From Daphnia carinata (Eukaryota), in the NCBI RefSeq assembly GCF_022539665.2, contig NC_081332.1, positions 3,162,001-3,226,000 on the forward strand: 64,000 nt of DNA, read 5' to 3'. The number at the start of each line of letters is the position of its first letter. Position 1 is the first letter of the stretch. Below the pieces are notes generated by a model that worked only from the letters and a program-made list of their open reading frames with translations, ran no database searches and was not told the origin of the DNA. A program made the translations under genes and the position numbers. Positions 32,273 to 47,302 of this stretch are shown piece by piece.

Positions 32273-35200
32273 AAATGCCAAAAAGGTTTGAGTATTGAAA
32301 AATTGCAACGTTTCCTGGCACTTAACGAATTAACAATTTTTGGGTATATTCTTTTTTGTAGGAAGATGGCGGGCTTGATGCTTTGTATCCAGTTCCGTTA
32401 GATTTTGATGTTTTTGAACGATCGATGTAATAAAAAAAGAAGTTTCAGCTTTAAAACCCATCGAAGACCTTGATTCTTGGTAGGTCTCTATTATATACTG
32501 TTAGTAGGCAACTGAAAGAGCAATGATGCCAATTACAGTTCTATGGCATTTTCATCTTGTCAGACAGTTTCTTTGATATTAGATTTTCTGTTTCTCAAAA
32601 GAGGCCTATCTTCTTATTCCCGACAGGAAAACGAAATTCTGTGACTTGAAGCGTTATTTTGATTTCGGTACGAGCCGGTTAGCTTTCGCCCATCTGCTAG
32701 GATTCACCCTCCCGCTAGATGTTTCCGTGCCAACTCGAGGAATAGCCAGCAAAGGTAAGGGCTGCTATTCTATATTATACGTCTTTGTAGAGTTGCTCTG
32801 GAGAGTTTTCGTGGAACTCTTCTATCGTCTCATGATCTAGAGTCCTGAAATTCACTTTCATCCATGAAGGTGAATTAATGACAATGCCGAAAAATGCAAG
32901 AGTGAACGCGATCCCATTGTGTTTTTTGATGAATGGGACCAGTAAGCGAAAACGAAAGATGTTTTTCGCGCTGACATGTTTTCCTTTCCCTTAAAAAGGA
33001 GTTAAATAGGTTCGTTATTCCTTTTGATCCGACCGCGTTCTCAGATGGTCGCGCTGTCATCAGCGTAGACGTTTTACTTTTACTTTAATGGCTGTCGCCA
33101 GAAATACCTCGGGACTAAATAACGATACCAATGGTGCATTGGTTCAATTTTGTTTTGTTCTTTTTCTGACATTTTCTTGGCTACAACAACTCCCCCACCA
33201 AACAATAATGCAATCATCGAAAGTGTTCGGCGTGTTAACCAAATGAGCGAAGAGCTTGTTGTCTGGGGGGATCCAACCAACTGATTGATGAACTCTCGAT
33301 GGGTCGTCCAATCCGCTCGATAAAAAAAAACATTTTTAGGCTTCTTGTATTACGCTTGTTTGACTCGTGCACATCTCTAAAGAAAATCTTTGCAACCAAC
33401 AGTTGTGCAAGTGTAGCGCGCCGTATAAATCGTTGCCATAGTGCCGACTCCCACAGATGTAGGCGAATTTTGTTGAATCTATTTGTACCCAAACTTTCCT
33501 CCTGTCTCTACACGATCTCTAGTGGCTCATTTGTAGGGTTTCTTTTTTGCGACACCATTAGCGAGCTAGGCTGTAGGAGATAGTCCGTCCACACTCTCGG
33601 ACTGTGTCTGTTGGCTTACCCTGCGAGAAAACGCACTCGGTGTGTGTGTGATTCACTCAATCGCCTGGCTGGTCGTGGATACGCGCTTCTCTGCGACAGA
33701 GATGGTCGTCTAATCAATTTACATGGAGCAACAAATCTCCCTCCGGCCAAACGAAAGAATACCAAGCATCCTAGATTGATGAGGTACGTAGTTGCTGCAG
33801 CAGAATTGGAGAAGAAAATCGCGTTGCTAAATTGGCAATTAAAAGGTTCTGGCGTTGCTCTCGCTATTCTGTGCCTAACGTTGGATACGTTAAATCCTGC
33901 ACGCGCGCGCGGATGGATTGGCGGAATAGCGTAGAATGAGAGATTTCAGAATTAAGAAGGGAAAAACAAAACATGACGATATTTTTAGACGAAAAAAAAA
34001 ACTTGATTATTTGATCAACAAAATATGCAAGTTAGACTTTGTGCCAAATGAGATCATTGATGAGCTTGTATAGTTCATCATATTTGTTGCCCTTTTTTGG
34101 TTTTCCCTTTTTTTAATAAAATGTCGCGCTGATACACTCAACCGAGTGACGTAAGAGCAGGCAAAAGGGACTTGAGTCAATCAGCGCTTCATGAACGAGG
34201 GACTCTCCCCACTTCTTGTTAGCATATAAAGTATAGCAAAGGGAGGGGGGAGGCCTAGTAGCTATTTAAATGAAAAGGAAAAAAAATTGCGATTTATCAG
34301 GATTGGAGAGCTGTTTGAATAAGTTTGGTGAGGCAGCAGCGGGAAATCATATTTCTTGTCAGACAACTCTGTCTCGATGGGGTGGTATGTTCCTTTTCGG
34401 AGAAAGTGTGTGTTGGCACGTCTCCGTGCAGCCCTTTCCGTCGGGCGCTTATATCCACGAATGGCTATCAATTCTGATTCTTTGGATCTTGAAGCTCCCT
34501 ATACCACTATTACGATGTTGCCGCCTACCATCATCACGGGAAAGGGTGTGTCTATAAGCTTTCAGCCTTTAAAAGAAAAAACTGAGCCGTAGACCTCGTC
34601 GCCGAAAACGGTTGGCCAATGTGTATATGCGATGTGCGTAGTAAGTGTATATTGTCTATCGACCCGTGCTAGCGAGGCTGTTGGAAATATCAGCACGCAG
34701 ATGCTCCTTTACCCCTCCCAGTCTACATACAAAAGGTTTTTCTTCTTGCACTCGATGAACTTTTGTATTATACTCTTTAATGACCAATCTCCGTTGCACA
34801 GCAAGTTCTTGTTGCCAAACATTTTGCATCCCGTTCAAGTTTTGCAGAACATCGTCTCTTGTCTGTCGGAGGTAAGTTTCAAAACTCCCTTTCGACAGCA
34901 AGATTCGCGAAAATTGTTATGACTAAATTAAATCTATGGTGCAGTGATTCATTCTGCACGTTTGCTTCGTTAACGAGAAGTTTCCGGTCTAATTCATTTC
35001 AAGAATAGCCAACTTTTTGTGCCGAATTTTCTTTTTTCTCTCATTCTTAATAGTCGAAAAACATCCAATCGCAAAATTAAATTTCTAGCCCAAAGGTTCG
35101 ACTCTGGTTCTTTTTTGTTCCTAAATTGCAAAAAAAGAATTAGGATCAGTTTTTTTTGCCTTATAATGTCTGCAACCGTAGAAGTAGATTGTTTGTGCGG

Positions 35201-38200
35201 AATTGGTGGGTTCAATCGACAAGGTCCAGCGCAACAAAGCCCGCTTTCTTTCGTATCAGAAGCTTTTCTTCCAACTCGCCAATTGGATCGTTTTTTTTTT
35301 TTTTTTTTTTTTTTTAAGTGTCTTTGGTGGTGTCCGTTACCGAGATCAATAGAAGTGGGGAGGGGGGGGGGTTGCAGCTAGACCATTTTCGCTTCTTGTA
35401 TCCATCGTCGTACACTCAACCTTTCCTCATACGATAAAAGGCTTATGCATTCATGTGATAAACCTTGGAAAACATCCTTTCCTGCTTGACAGACGATGGC
35501 TAAAGAACAAACCAACGTCCAGCAATTGGGCAAAAGGTTATATCTCTTTTGTACTTTTTTTTTCTTTTCTGGATCGTCCTATAGACTCTTGAAAGCTTCT
35601 GTTCATTTGACGATACACCGCTGACGTTCTGTTTTCTTTTTACGATCTGCGTAACATCAGCTTTTTCAAATACCGCAAATACTTGATGATCACTGCGGAA
35701 ACGACCTATCGTTTGGAGTGCAACCTCTTGTTCGCAATTCATAGAATGATTCATTTTGAAGAAAAAAAATCATTTGGAGTTTTCAAGTTAAGAAACTTGC
35801 TACTTTTTAGTTGGTCATTCAGTCGATGCATTTTTATGCAAACGCCTTCATTTGCTCTTAAGAAAAGAAATTCAGGCCACTTATTGTTTTGCCTTACCAA
35901 CTTGACTTTTAAATCCCAAACTCTGGATGCGTTATTTATGCGAATTTAGTCAAACTGGTTCGTGCGATGAACTAAGAGAGCATTTAAAGCGATAAAAGGC
36001 CTATACTGAGTCTACAATGGCATCACAAGCTTTTCTCCAACACATCAGCCATTGAAAAACGAACATTTATATCGTCCTACTCTCTTTAACTTTGTATTTC
36101 AGTGACACCTCTTTTTTCATTAACAGATAATTTTTCTTTTTCTGTTGACTTTTCTCCAACTTGAAATCTGGGCGCGTTTGTGTTGGGATTGATGCTTTTG
36201 TTGTGCGCTCTCTGTTGCCGGGACTAAATGAATGATCAGTAGAATTGTAGCATCCCATAAATAACGCACGCTTTTCATCTCCACTCTTGTTGGCCAACAA
36301 GAGGAGCTACGAGCGAGGCAAAAAGCATCGAGAACATTAATGTAGATCATTTATTGATGAGACGTGCACTTCTTGGTGCAAAGGGAGACCTGCATCAACC
36401 CCTCCCGGCCTGGCAATCGTTATAATCGAATAAAAACTAACGATGTAAGCCCGGAGTAAATAAACGTGTAGGTTAACAGATAAGATAAAACAGCAATGAG
36501 TGTGTATTTACGCAGCGAAGGAGAAATCGCCTGTGGGGTGAAGTTGTGACAATCCGTCCATCAACTGCGTTGCATTGTAATTCATTGTGAACTATTCGTG
36601 GGAGGGTTGCGTAACACTGGTCGTGTTTAATGTACCGTCGCATGTGGATTTAATTTTTCGAGTAGATGCGGGAAATTACGGAATCTAATGATAAGATTAT
36701 ACGCTAACCGGGAGAGAAACTAGAAAAGTAAGACGATTCGAGATTCAAAGGCATTTATGGAAGCGACTGACTATTTATTGCTTATCACATCCATCATTCC
36801 CGTCGAGTGGAAAAGAAATTCTCTTTTGCTAGCCGTGACATGCAGTGTCGTTTCATTTAGAAAGGGAGGCTGTTGAAAGTGGGCGGGATGAATCAACAGA
36901 GAGAATTATGTTCAGTAAATACGCACATGGAGATAATAACCCGAGAGACATTGAAAAACAACCGGATGAAGATAAAAAGTTTGTCTTTTGTTGCACAAAG
37001 CGGCGAGTTCTTAATGTACATTTTTCTTTTAAAACAACGGCTGGAAAGATTAGAATTCCAGCTGAGCAAAGAATCGAACGATTCCAAGATTTATTTTGTT
37101 TTTACGCTTTTTCTTGTTTTCTTAATCAGGACAAAGGGAAAAAAAAAAGAAAGTCCTGTCGGATATCTTCATAGTTTCATTTTTCTTGCTGACTGATGTC
37201 CTGTTTCCTTTGGGATTTCATCTTGAATTTTGGCGATATACATCGTTGTATTCGCTATTTTACGGAAGATGGATGAGCTCTGTCCAGTAGCAATCGCTAT
37301 AAATATCTTATTGAAAGGATACGATTCCTCATTTGGATTCATCCAGAAGAAGCAGCGAAATCATTTTGCCGAATTTTGTACCGAGGACAGCAGATAATTA
37401 ACTGCATTTTTAATCAGCGTTTGTCTTTTTGGCTGTCTATGACAGTTCCTATTGCTCTTTCAATAGCTCATTTGCATTATGAGCCAACGTTCGTATCTTT
37501 GAGATGTTTTGCAAATTTATCTGCCAAACAACAATTTGTTTGTCTACAGGGCATTTCTCTTGAACGTGCTCAGTTGATTCATTCGTTTCGTGGAAAATGA
37601 GCCGCCGTATGGAATTTAGATATTATGTGTGCATGGCAATGTGTGTATCCGCTTTATTTCATGGCATCATGCGCAGCGCAAACTTGACATGGTTGGCAGC
37701 ACGACCGGTCGAAGTGTGTAGTTGGTTCTTATTTTGAAAAAAAAAAAATGGGCTCAGCCCGTCTCTCTGTTGATTTATTGACCATCATCAAGTCAACCGC
37801 ACTTGTGCTGTGCGGACTGGCTGCTTCTTTCATAGATGAATGAATATCACTGTTTTTGGCATGGGTAGTTTGAGGTCAAGTTCAAGGCAAGATAAAGAAA
37901 TGGCTGATTTTTTTTTTTTTTTTTTTTGGATGAGGGTTGAAATGTTGGATTCGGCAAATGCTTTCCCGTCACAGACAGCGCATTTGGCAATAAAGCCTAT
38001 ATACATGTCTACAAGCTTCTTTTTTTCTCTGTCGAGGGGAGGCTCTTAAGGAGCGACGTACAGCACATATAAAGATCGAATTGAATATAAATTCGCCAAC
38101 AACATCTGGATCGAAAAGAACTATTCAATTTGTTTATCAACATCTGGGGTACTCTGCTGCTAGACTATTTGATAAAGAAAAAGAAACAAAAACAGTTTAC

Positions 38201-41200
38201 TTGACAACAAAGGAGTGCTCAGTAGTCAAGGCACTCGTCGTTTTTGTTTAAACTTCAGCAATTGTTTCAATCTCCCGAAAAAATTTTTACGTTGACGACT
38301 GTATTCACGTAAGATCGTTTGAAAATGAGAAGCAGTTGAACTGAATTCAATTGGCGCAACATTTCCCATGTTTGACTCCCGCACGCCCTCGTGATGGACT
38401 CGACCATAATGTGTCCCTCCTTTTTGTGTGTCTGCCGAATCCCCTTTCTGAAAAACAATTGAGGACCGTTCTTGTAGTTTGCTTGGTCGCGCATCATCCA
38501 AAGTCCAACTTGGGAGAGTATAGCCCCTCTTATCTTCTTTCGCCCCCTCTTTTTTTAAAATGCATTTTTCGCTTTTAAAAGAAGGACCTCTACGGTTGGC
38601 TAAACAGTCGAGTTAGAATATCGCGAGCTACAAGACTTTTCTTTATCCACCAGTATAGGGAGGGAAGAGCGCAAACTGTGCCAACCAATACTTTCGTCTT
38701 TTATGTTGATTTAGCTTCAAGGGATAGCCTTTACGTGCGCTTTGGCAATGTGAAAGACACCAAGCTATTGTTTTGTCTATATACATAGAGGCTTTTATAC
38801 GTTTGACGTTATTATTGTCGGGAAAACAATGGATCGAAAATCAAAGCGAAATCAATATTAAATATTGTCGGCTATTGCTTTTCGATGAAGCTTGTTTTGA
38901 TTTTTGTTTAGTAATTATACGCGAAAACTGCGCAATACTCGGGCGAAACTCATTTTTTGATAGATGATGTTCGATCAAGCTTTTTGTTCGGTGTGTTGCT
39001 CTAGTTATGACGCATTTGCCTCCCACTATATTTGAATTTTAATTCTTGAATTTACGTGCATTATGATGTTTTTAAACCTCGCTATTTAGCGCGTTTCAAT
39101 TCAAGATGCTCAACCTTTTGTAGTTGTTGCTGTGCCGATTTTTTTCTTTCTCTCCTCTTCCGCCTTCCGGAAGTAAAACTGCTAGAGACTTTTACCATAC
39201 GTTATTGTATAATGTGAAAAAAAAAGGAAAAGATGGAGAAAGGGGAACATTCTTTAGCGCATATACAGTAGCAGTATATATATGTTGCCCGGCAGCGTCA
39301 GCAGCGTGTCTATTCTTAAAACGCCACACACTCTCAACGAGTCCTTCTTTTTTCTTTTGTTGATATGAAAGTTTGCCTCTTCCCCATTTTCGAACACACG
39401 CGTGTAGACGCCAGCCGGTATACTACTTATACACACTCACACATACTCTGTGTGTGTGTGGCATTCTCTCCGTTCGACAGACAACGATGCTGAGCAACGC
39501 GCGTTGGGCGTCTGTAACTTTTGAAACAAACGCGAAAACATGACAACAATCACATAAATGCCCCCTCTTTTTTTTCACCAAGTAACAGCAGTACGGGAGA
39601 GTTTAACTGTAGTTGTAGCTTCACGTGGAGTTAAAGGTGAACTAGCTCAGGGGTTAAATGCGTAAAGCGGGGAGGAGGAAAACAGACGTCAACAAGGATG
39701 TTTAGAGCAGCCGGACGCAGGAGGTCTTTTTCTTTTCTTTCCAGAAACCCGGATATTATTCTTCCTTTATTTCATGTTCAGTTACGCGTCTGTTTTTTGT
39801 TTCTGCAATTTTCGTTTGAAATATTTCAAAGTTATTTGCGCAGAAAATGTGGAGGAAAACGCGTAAAAGCGAAGTACATTGGTTGAAATGCAATCGAGGA
39901 AACACGTAGGTTGCAACACATCTGTAGAAGCTGTTCTTGACATTTGACAATCATTGCGTATGTATGTAATTATCCGTTTGATTATTTACGAAAACAACAG
40001 AGCGCAACTGTGTTTGTCGTTCTTGAACAGCGGAAAATCGATTTCCTGTTTCTCCTCCTTTTTTTGATTTTGCCGTTCGCTTTATTCGATTGTCGAAACT
40101 GTCTGCAACATTAACTTTGCTACATATAATAGAATAGAGTATACCTATAAACACAGTAGTGAGCGCAAGGAGTCGTAGCGAAGAAAACGTTCGGAGCAAA
40201 TGCGCAATAACTTTCTAGCGAGGCTTTTAAGCATTAACGCACGCAAAGTAGAGGCGAAAGAATGCAACCGATCTTTCGCGCATACCAACATCGTCTTCAG
40301 CTCCTGATGGCAAAGCAATAAACAAAAAGAAAAAAAAAAACGCGCATCGGGTGTGTAACGGACGGACCGGAACGATGGAAGACGAAGCAGGGCATAAAAC
40401 TGAATAAACGTACGTGTATAACAAACGGAACCTGATGGAAGAGTCGTGGAGCGAAGCGCCGCGCGTTTTTATTCGGGAAATGGCGAAAAAAAGAAGCGAG
40501 GGTTTGCCGGGCACAGTCAAGTCAGACAGGGTAGAGACGGTAGGCGTCAGTGCCGTCGCTGACGTCGAGCCAAACAGTCGCTCTCCTACACGATCTGCTG
40601 GAGGTTGTTCGTTTTGTTTTTTTATGGTTCTAAGTTTTCCCCGAGTTTTCAAAGTCGTTACCGTCGATCATTTCTGCAAACAAGTTTTTTCGTTGTTTTG
40701 TTTTTTTCGGGACTGTCGTTTATGATCCCCGCTGGCTGTTTTTAATTGATTTATTTTATCTTTGGTGACAACAATCGTTTCCCTCAATCAAAAAAAGACT
40801 TGAACTGTGCCAAAAGTAATTTACGGAGGACAGTTTCTCTTTGGAAAAATCGGTCCACTTGATTTATGTATTTAACGAGGCTCAAGTCTCGGGTGCGGAT
40901 CATCATGTGAAAGGACTTTGGCTCAGCGGATCATTGACACCAGGTCAGAATGAACTGAACATTTATCATAATCGCACGTCTCTTTATGTCTTGCACTGTT
41001 GCATATTCACAATTCTACATCATTACTTGATGTATTGTGCGATACATGCAAACTAGTGTCTTGTCTCTAATTGACTGTGCAGCAAGCGCCATCAATTGTA
41101 ATCAGACAATTACGTTATAATCTCAAGAGCCCTGCCCATTAGGTAAATAAGAAGACAAACAGAGCAAAATGTGCGAAAGTTTGTTTTCACGTTCTCCGTT

Positions 41201-44200
41201 CCCAATCTTCTGTTAACGATAGAAACGGATGTGTCGCCCTTCACATTTAACACATGATCTCTCCGTTATTATCACATTTTTCTGCATCTTTTTTTTTTTT
41301 TTTTTTTTTTTTTTTTGAAAGATTTTTTTGTTGTATGAGGGTGGAGGAGGCTAACTTCAGAATCCAACTGTTCTTTGTTGACTCGATAGGGTCTGACACG
41401 CAGAGAAATGCTGCTTGCGTTTTTATTGCTTCCTTTTCTTTATAGTTTCTCATCTGTAAGGTTCGTCTTTTTGGGGTTGCTTTTATTTGGCAGTCGTGTT
41501 GGTTTTGGCTCATATGGGTCATTCATTTTTTGATGCTTCATTTCAACTTTTTGCGTGCCCGCTTTTATAGACGTGCACATTTTGTATCACCGTCGTGTCC
41601 CGCACGGCTTTAAGATATGAAGTCTGCGTCAGCCACACGGTTTCTATGTGTGTCGTTTTATGATTTGGAGGGTTGGGTTTCGCGCTTTGCACAATAGCGT
41701 CATTTTTTATGGCTTTTGGCCTCTTTCGAATGTGTTTGCTGGAAGCGTCAGTTCGCGGATCGTTTGGGTTTGTCGTATAAAAGCGTTTGTAACGAATCAC
41801 CTTGTTTTTACTATTTTTGTTTTGATTTATTGAACGTCGTTGTTTTATCTGGTTAGGAATTTTGGTGGTTTAGTTTGATCGACTGATGCGTGCGTTTACT
41901 TGAACCAGTTAAATTTCATAGTTTTAGCAATATCGAAATGGGCTGGATTTTTTTTAAATAATGCAATACGAACTTGAAATTCGTATTGCGCATTTATATT
42001 TTGTTGTATATGTTTGGCAGCCTACATATTGGATCCGTCTAACTTAAATCTTTTCCGTGACTGTCAGTTTTGCGCCTTCGTCACCATCAAGATTTCACAC
42101 CGACTTTAACGTCTGTGAGGTTTTCTAGATGTGAAAAAAAGAAATATATTTCAGACAGGAGATTGGATTTTCTTTTTGGGTTGGGGGTGTTCGACAGATG
42201 AAATTACTTTGACCTTCTACCGACTTGCAATGAAAACACCGAGAATTGTAAAGGTAGTGGGAAGATTTTTGTGTGGAGCAGAATGGGACATACAACACCA
42301 AGGTGAAGCTTTTAAAAAGAAAAAGTGGCAATGCCTCACTACCCACGCAAAATAGGAGACAGTCCAATTTCTTGTGAACCGTTAAAAGAAAAATTAGAGC
42401 ATTTTTTCCTAAAAAAAACAAACAAAAAAACATAACAGAATCGATGTCTCGTGCTGATTTGTAGAACGAACCTTGTGCCACTAAAGATGAAAATTTATAT
42501 TTCGCCTGTCTCCTGGAAAGAAACAAGACGTGCCAATGTGATTGGGATCACCATATTGAGCGCACCGGAGCGTGTTGATGTGTATTCTGTCGGGTGCGTG
42601 ACTGCAAGGAAGGAAATGGGAACAGCGTTGTCTTTATGTAAAGAGTTGTATTTCTTATTTATCCTTTTTTTTTTTACTTTGCCAACGTTCGTCAACTGTT
42701 TTCCTCCCTTGAAATCATCATCAAATACTTTTCCCTCCCATTTTCTGTTCGGATCATCGATCGATAGTTAAAGGTTGGATTTTTCAAATAGAAAAAAAAG
42801 CAATTGGGAGCGAAGGAAACACATTGTGTCACATGAAAATAATAGATTCGTTAATTCTACGAGACAAAATATTTAAATAACAAAACGACACGCATTCTTT
42901 CCTGTTGGATTTAGTTGAATCCGTGGGCCTGTGCCTGTGTAATAAGAGAGGAGTAAAGCGATCCATAAACAAGTCAAACATTCGCGTCTTATTACGACAG
43001 TTAGACTGATGCGAAAAAATAAAAGCACGCTGGGGGAGGTGGGGCAACGAAATATTTTTGCTTCGTGGCACGGGTGTAGTGGATCTCATATTTTCTTTTT
43101 GGCTTTCCAATGATGGAGTGTAAACACTTTTCAAGAAAAAAAAAATTCTGTTTGTTATTGGTTTACTATCCGCTTTGGAGACAGCGCAAAAAAAAAATGT
43201 AAGGGCTGATGGATATGCATTGCAAGTGGATATGTACGCTCTGCATACATTGACGAGGCCGAAGTTTTGTCCGCGCAAAAGAAGTTGGCAAGATTAGTTT
43301 TTTTTTTTTTTTTTTTTTTGCGCATATCGAGAAGATGTAATTTTTCCCGTACTCTTGTTACGGTTCACGTCGTAGAGCTTTTCGAAATAGGAGAAAATGG
43401 CTCTTTTATAAACGGGAATGAAAATCCGGTTTGCCAAAGAAGAAGAAACGTGGATGTGTTGTGGAAACGAAGCAGAAAGGCTTGCGCGTTGCAGAGAGAT
43501 TTTCAATAAATACCGTTGATACAATGTTTTGTTACGTCTAGCGATACTACTGTCCATGATACGCGGATCATGTGGGGATTCTTTTCTACGTTGTCTGGAG
43601 GATAGCGACCATCCGTCATTTTTTCTTGTGGCTCTCTCCCTTCTTCCGGATGCTTTTTTTTTTGTTGCGTGTCCGTGCTGTCATAGCAATTCCTTTCGGA
43701 CATTTGTTTGATCTCTTTTTTGTGATACGCGCCTGTCTTGCCCGATAATCTCGTATTCTTCTGATGCACACCTCTTGTACTACTTACTTTTGTATCGTAG
43801 ATTCTTATTCTTGGCCCTAAACAACACGTGTTACAGCGCTTTCTCTCTAGTGCGTTTTCGGCTCAGTACATGAGCAAGAAGCCCCTTTTTTTCCCTTCCG
43901 TTTGTCGAGCGGGTGAGGATGAAGATGGATTTATTCCTTTTCAGACCTGTCATCCGATGGACATAACGTAAACAAAAACGAGGAATATTGTTATTTACGA
44001 TGAAGGATCTTAGCCGTCATAGCCAAGATGATCCGGCTGACATCAGCGTATCCGCAAATGTGTTAGGCTTTATTGTTCTTGGCGGAACTGAACGAAAATG
44101 TCGATTCGACAGGATATTATCGACATCGCCATTTTTTTTTCGTAGCACTTTTATACTGAGTTACCAATCGATTTGATAATCAAAGCGGCACTTGTTGCCA

Positions 44201-44972
44201 AGGGACCCAAATTCTTGCCCAATCAATCGTGCAAGTTCGTAACTCAATTGCCTTCATTTGCTTTCCGTTTCCTTCTTGTTATCGCCAAACTTTTTCCTCA
44301 AACATTAAACATGTTGCCTAGCACGACGCCTTGGCGTCGCTGAGCGTCTTCCTTGATGAAGTTAATCAAGGTAGCGTGTAGGGAAGAGACAAGACACTAT
44401 TACCTGCATCCATCAACTCCCATCACGGAAGCCATTTTCCAATCAGACTCCGCTCCGAGAATCGAACGATGGATAGTTTTCTCATTTAAAAAAACACGAA
44501 AAAACATCACCGTATCCGACGCTTTGAATGCGAATCCTTGTATGCTTGGCCGTGTTTCCATAGCAACGACGGGAACAACGGATGCCTCCTTAGAGATCGA
44601 CAATGAAAGACCACACATCGTTCACGTGAGTGCGCGGGTACTCCCTCTCTCAAAGCAAAGAAGGTGTCGTCTCTGTAAAACGCGTGAACCTTGCGTAATC
44701 GTTATTAAAAGGAGTAAATGAAGCTCTGTGCGTTGAGACAGTAGAACAATAATGAGAAGCTACAGGCCCGTGAAAAAAGGAAAAAAAAAGGCTGCAGCGT
44801 GAAAATAAAGGAATGGATCAGCGTGAAAAGAAGGATTGGTGACAGCGATACGGTTGCTGCGGCTTACGTGAGGGGTTTAGTTCTTCTTGCATTGTAGGTT
44901 CGGTGGTGCCACAATTCTCTTGGCCGGTTTCTCGCCCGTCGGTTAAGCTTTCTTCCTCTCCAACCGTTCCTC

Positions 44973-44980
<8 letters not shown>

Positions 44981-45025
<45 letters not shown>

Positions 45026-45059
45026 CATATACATATGAATGTGTGGGGGGGGGGGGGGG
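44981..45059. repeat. Compound microsatellite (CT)~14 (AT)~8 followed by a G15 run
   Basis: Directly visible in the sequence. Confidence 0.9.
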
Positions 45060-47251
45060 TATATAAATATATTTAGCTCTGCCGCTTTTTGGCCTTTTTT
45101 TTTCCCCTTTGATCTCTCTCCTATTTTTTTCTTCTACTCTTTACAATTGTCGGGTTTCTGACGTCGTACTCTGTTCGTTGTATTTATTCGCAAGAGAAAT
45201 AGTCAAAAGTAAAACTATTTACTTGAAGACGGTGCACGTAGAAGATCAATGCCGCGCGGACGCGTTTGATTCCAGCCAAAGAAAATTGTATATGACGGAG
45301 CCGGGGAGATCTCTGATTTAGCCAATGTCCTACATCATACGTATTATGTAGCGAAAACAGTTGATTGCTGATGTCGCGTGGTGGCAAAAGCCACGCCTTG
45401 ATCCCCCCCCCCTTTTGAATTGCTGTAATGAGTTGACACAACCCGAGCGTGATTATCTCCCACCCGTTTTCGCCGACGTTTCGTTGTGTGTCGCACACGT
45501 CGTTCTACAACTTTCTTTTTTTTTTTTTTTTTTTTTTTGTTTTCGCCCCGCAATCTTCTTGGAAGACATGCGTGGGTGATGCGCTTCATCTTCTATAGAA
45601 ATGCCTAATTATTGATGCGTTGAAATTATTAACTTGTCAATTTGTAAGACGGCAGTAATCACGGTAGCGCACTCGGCGTATTTCATATCCAAATAGCGTG
45701 GCAATCAGTGCGACATCCGCATGAGCGAAGAGCTAATTACACAATGCGCCCGTATATGTATACTTTAACTCTATTTAATGCGTCCGTTGTGTCCCGGAGG
45801 CGTCCACTCGTGAGTTTTCGTAGTCGAATAGGTGTAGCGCGTAATAGGCTTTGGGCGTCTCACTCAAACTCTTTGGGCTCTGTGTTTCGTGGCAATGGAG
45901 CGAACCCGTCCAAGCGTCACATATATTTACAAAAGAAAGGGTCGCTAGGTGTGGCGGAAAAAAAAAATAGGGACGGGCTCATTATTATACGCAGACACAA
46001 TTTGTGTTATGAAGAACACACACACACACACACACACTTCTTTTTGCCTGTTATACCTCGAGAGGCATCATAGTGATGCTGAATGCAAATTCAATTAGCG
46101 CTCTCTTGGTGTTCTGTGATGATAGCGTTTCTCTTTCATCCTCCACTTTGTGTCGGGTTCTTTCCTCCAAAGAAAAAAGAAACTACGAATTTAAATCTTT
46201 CTTCTTTTCTTTGAAAAGTTTCCTCTTGAAATTGATAACCTAACAGGTTTTGTTTGTTTTTTTGTTTGTTTTTTTTTTCAAAGGAAACAGCTAACGGCCG
46301 CAAGTTTGATAGGCACCGTATAGACATTATTGTAGTTTGCAACTATCCATCATTTATTTTTCCTAACTTTTTTAAAGTAACATTCTAGGGAAGTGAGGGG
46401 GGGGGGGATTTCTTTTAAATGAACCGGACTTTGATTTCGAACAATGGGGTGGATATACGAAAAGTTAGGCTAACCAGAAGAAAAGAAACCATCGAGAAAC
46501 TGAAGCATCTATTGATTTTTGTTATTCTTCGCGTTTACAATGTATCGATTTATTGGCATCATCTTTTTCTTTGTTGGTTCCCAGTCCAAGTCCTTGATTT
46601 TTTCAGGGAAATTTGTTATTCATTTAAATTCAGAATTCCAACCAAAGACGTCGTGTTCAATAGACTTGAGAGATCCGTCAAAAATTAAAGGGAACATTGG
46701 CGGGGAAAAGAGGGGTCCGTCTGTAGGTTTTGGCAACCAACCAAATCTTGTTGTACACTCTTATTGTTGCTCTTTATAAAAAAAAAAATGTTTTTCTTAT
46801 AAAAAAGAAAAAGAAGAAGAAAAACTTGGGCGTCGTGTCGTGTACAGCAACAAAGAAACAATGCGTGTCGTTAGGTTATCACTTTGTTGATCCTGGACGT
46901 CGGTGACAATGAGCCCCCGTCAGTAGCGCGCTGTCCAGCCAAAAAGACATTTGTGCTGGCCCAGGCGGCGTAGTGCAAACAAGGAAACAACAACACAATA
47001 AACTCGACAGGAAGGAAACGGAAAAAAGTTGTTTTTTTTTTTCCTTTTTTTCGTCGCTACTTTTGATGGCTTGTGGCAGGTCGATTGGCGTGTGCCAAAC
47101 ATTTTTCTCTTTTCTTGTGGTTTGCTTTTCTTGTCATAGGCGGTTTCTGTTGAACCAGACTTTGTTCGTTCGCTCGCCACTTTTTAAAATCTTGTTTATT
47201 TACAAAAAGGCGATTTTTCTTGATTGTTTTATTTTGTTTTTAAATATTTTC

Positions 47252-47260
47252 TTTTTTTTT

Positions 47261-47301
<41 letters not shown>
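47252..47301. repeat. Adjacent homopolymers T19 and G31
   Basis: Directly visible in the sequence. Run lengths may be affected by sequencing error. Confidence 0.85.

Positions 47302-47302
<1 letters not shown>

Noticed and set aside
34049..34071. TGAGATCATTG resembling the 5' end of bantam miRNA
   Set aside because: The 3' half diverges, and the seed region has no complementary arm in a pre-miRNA-like hairpin.
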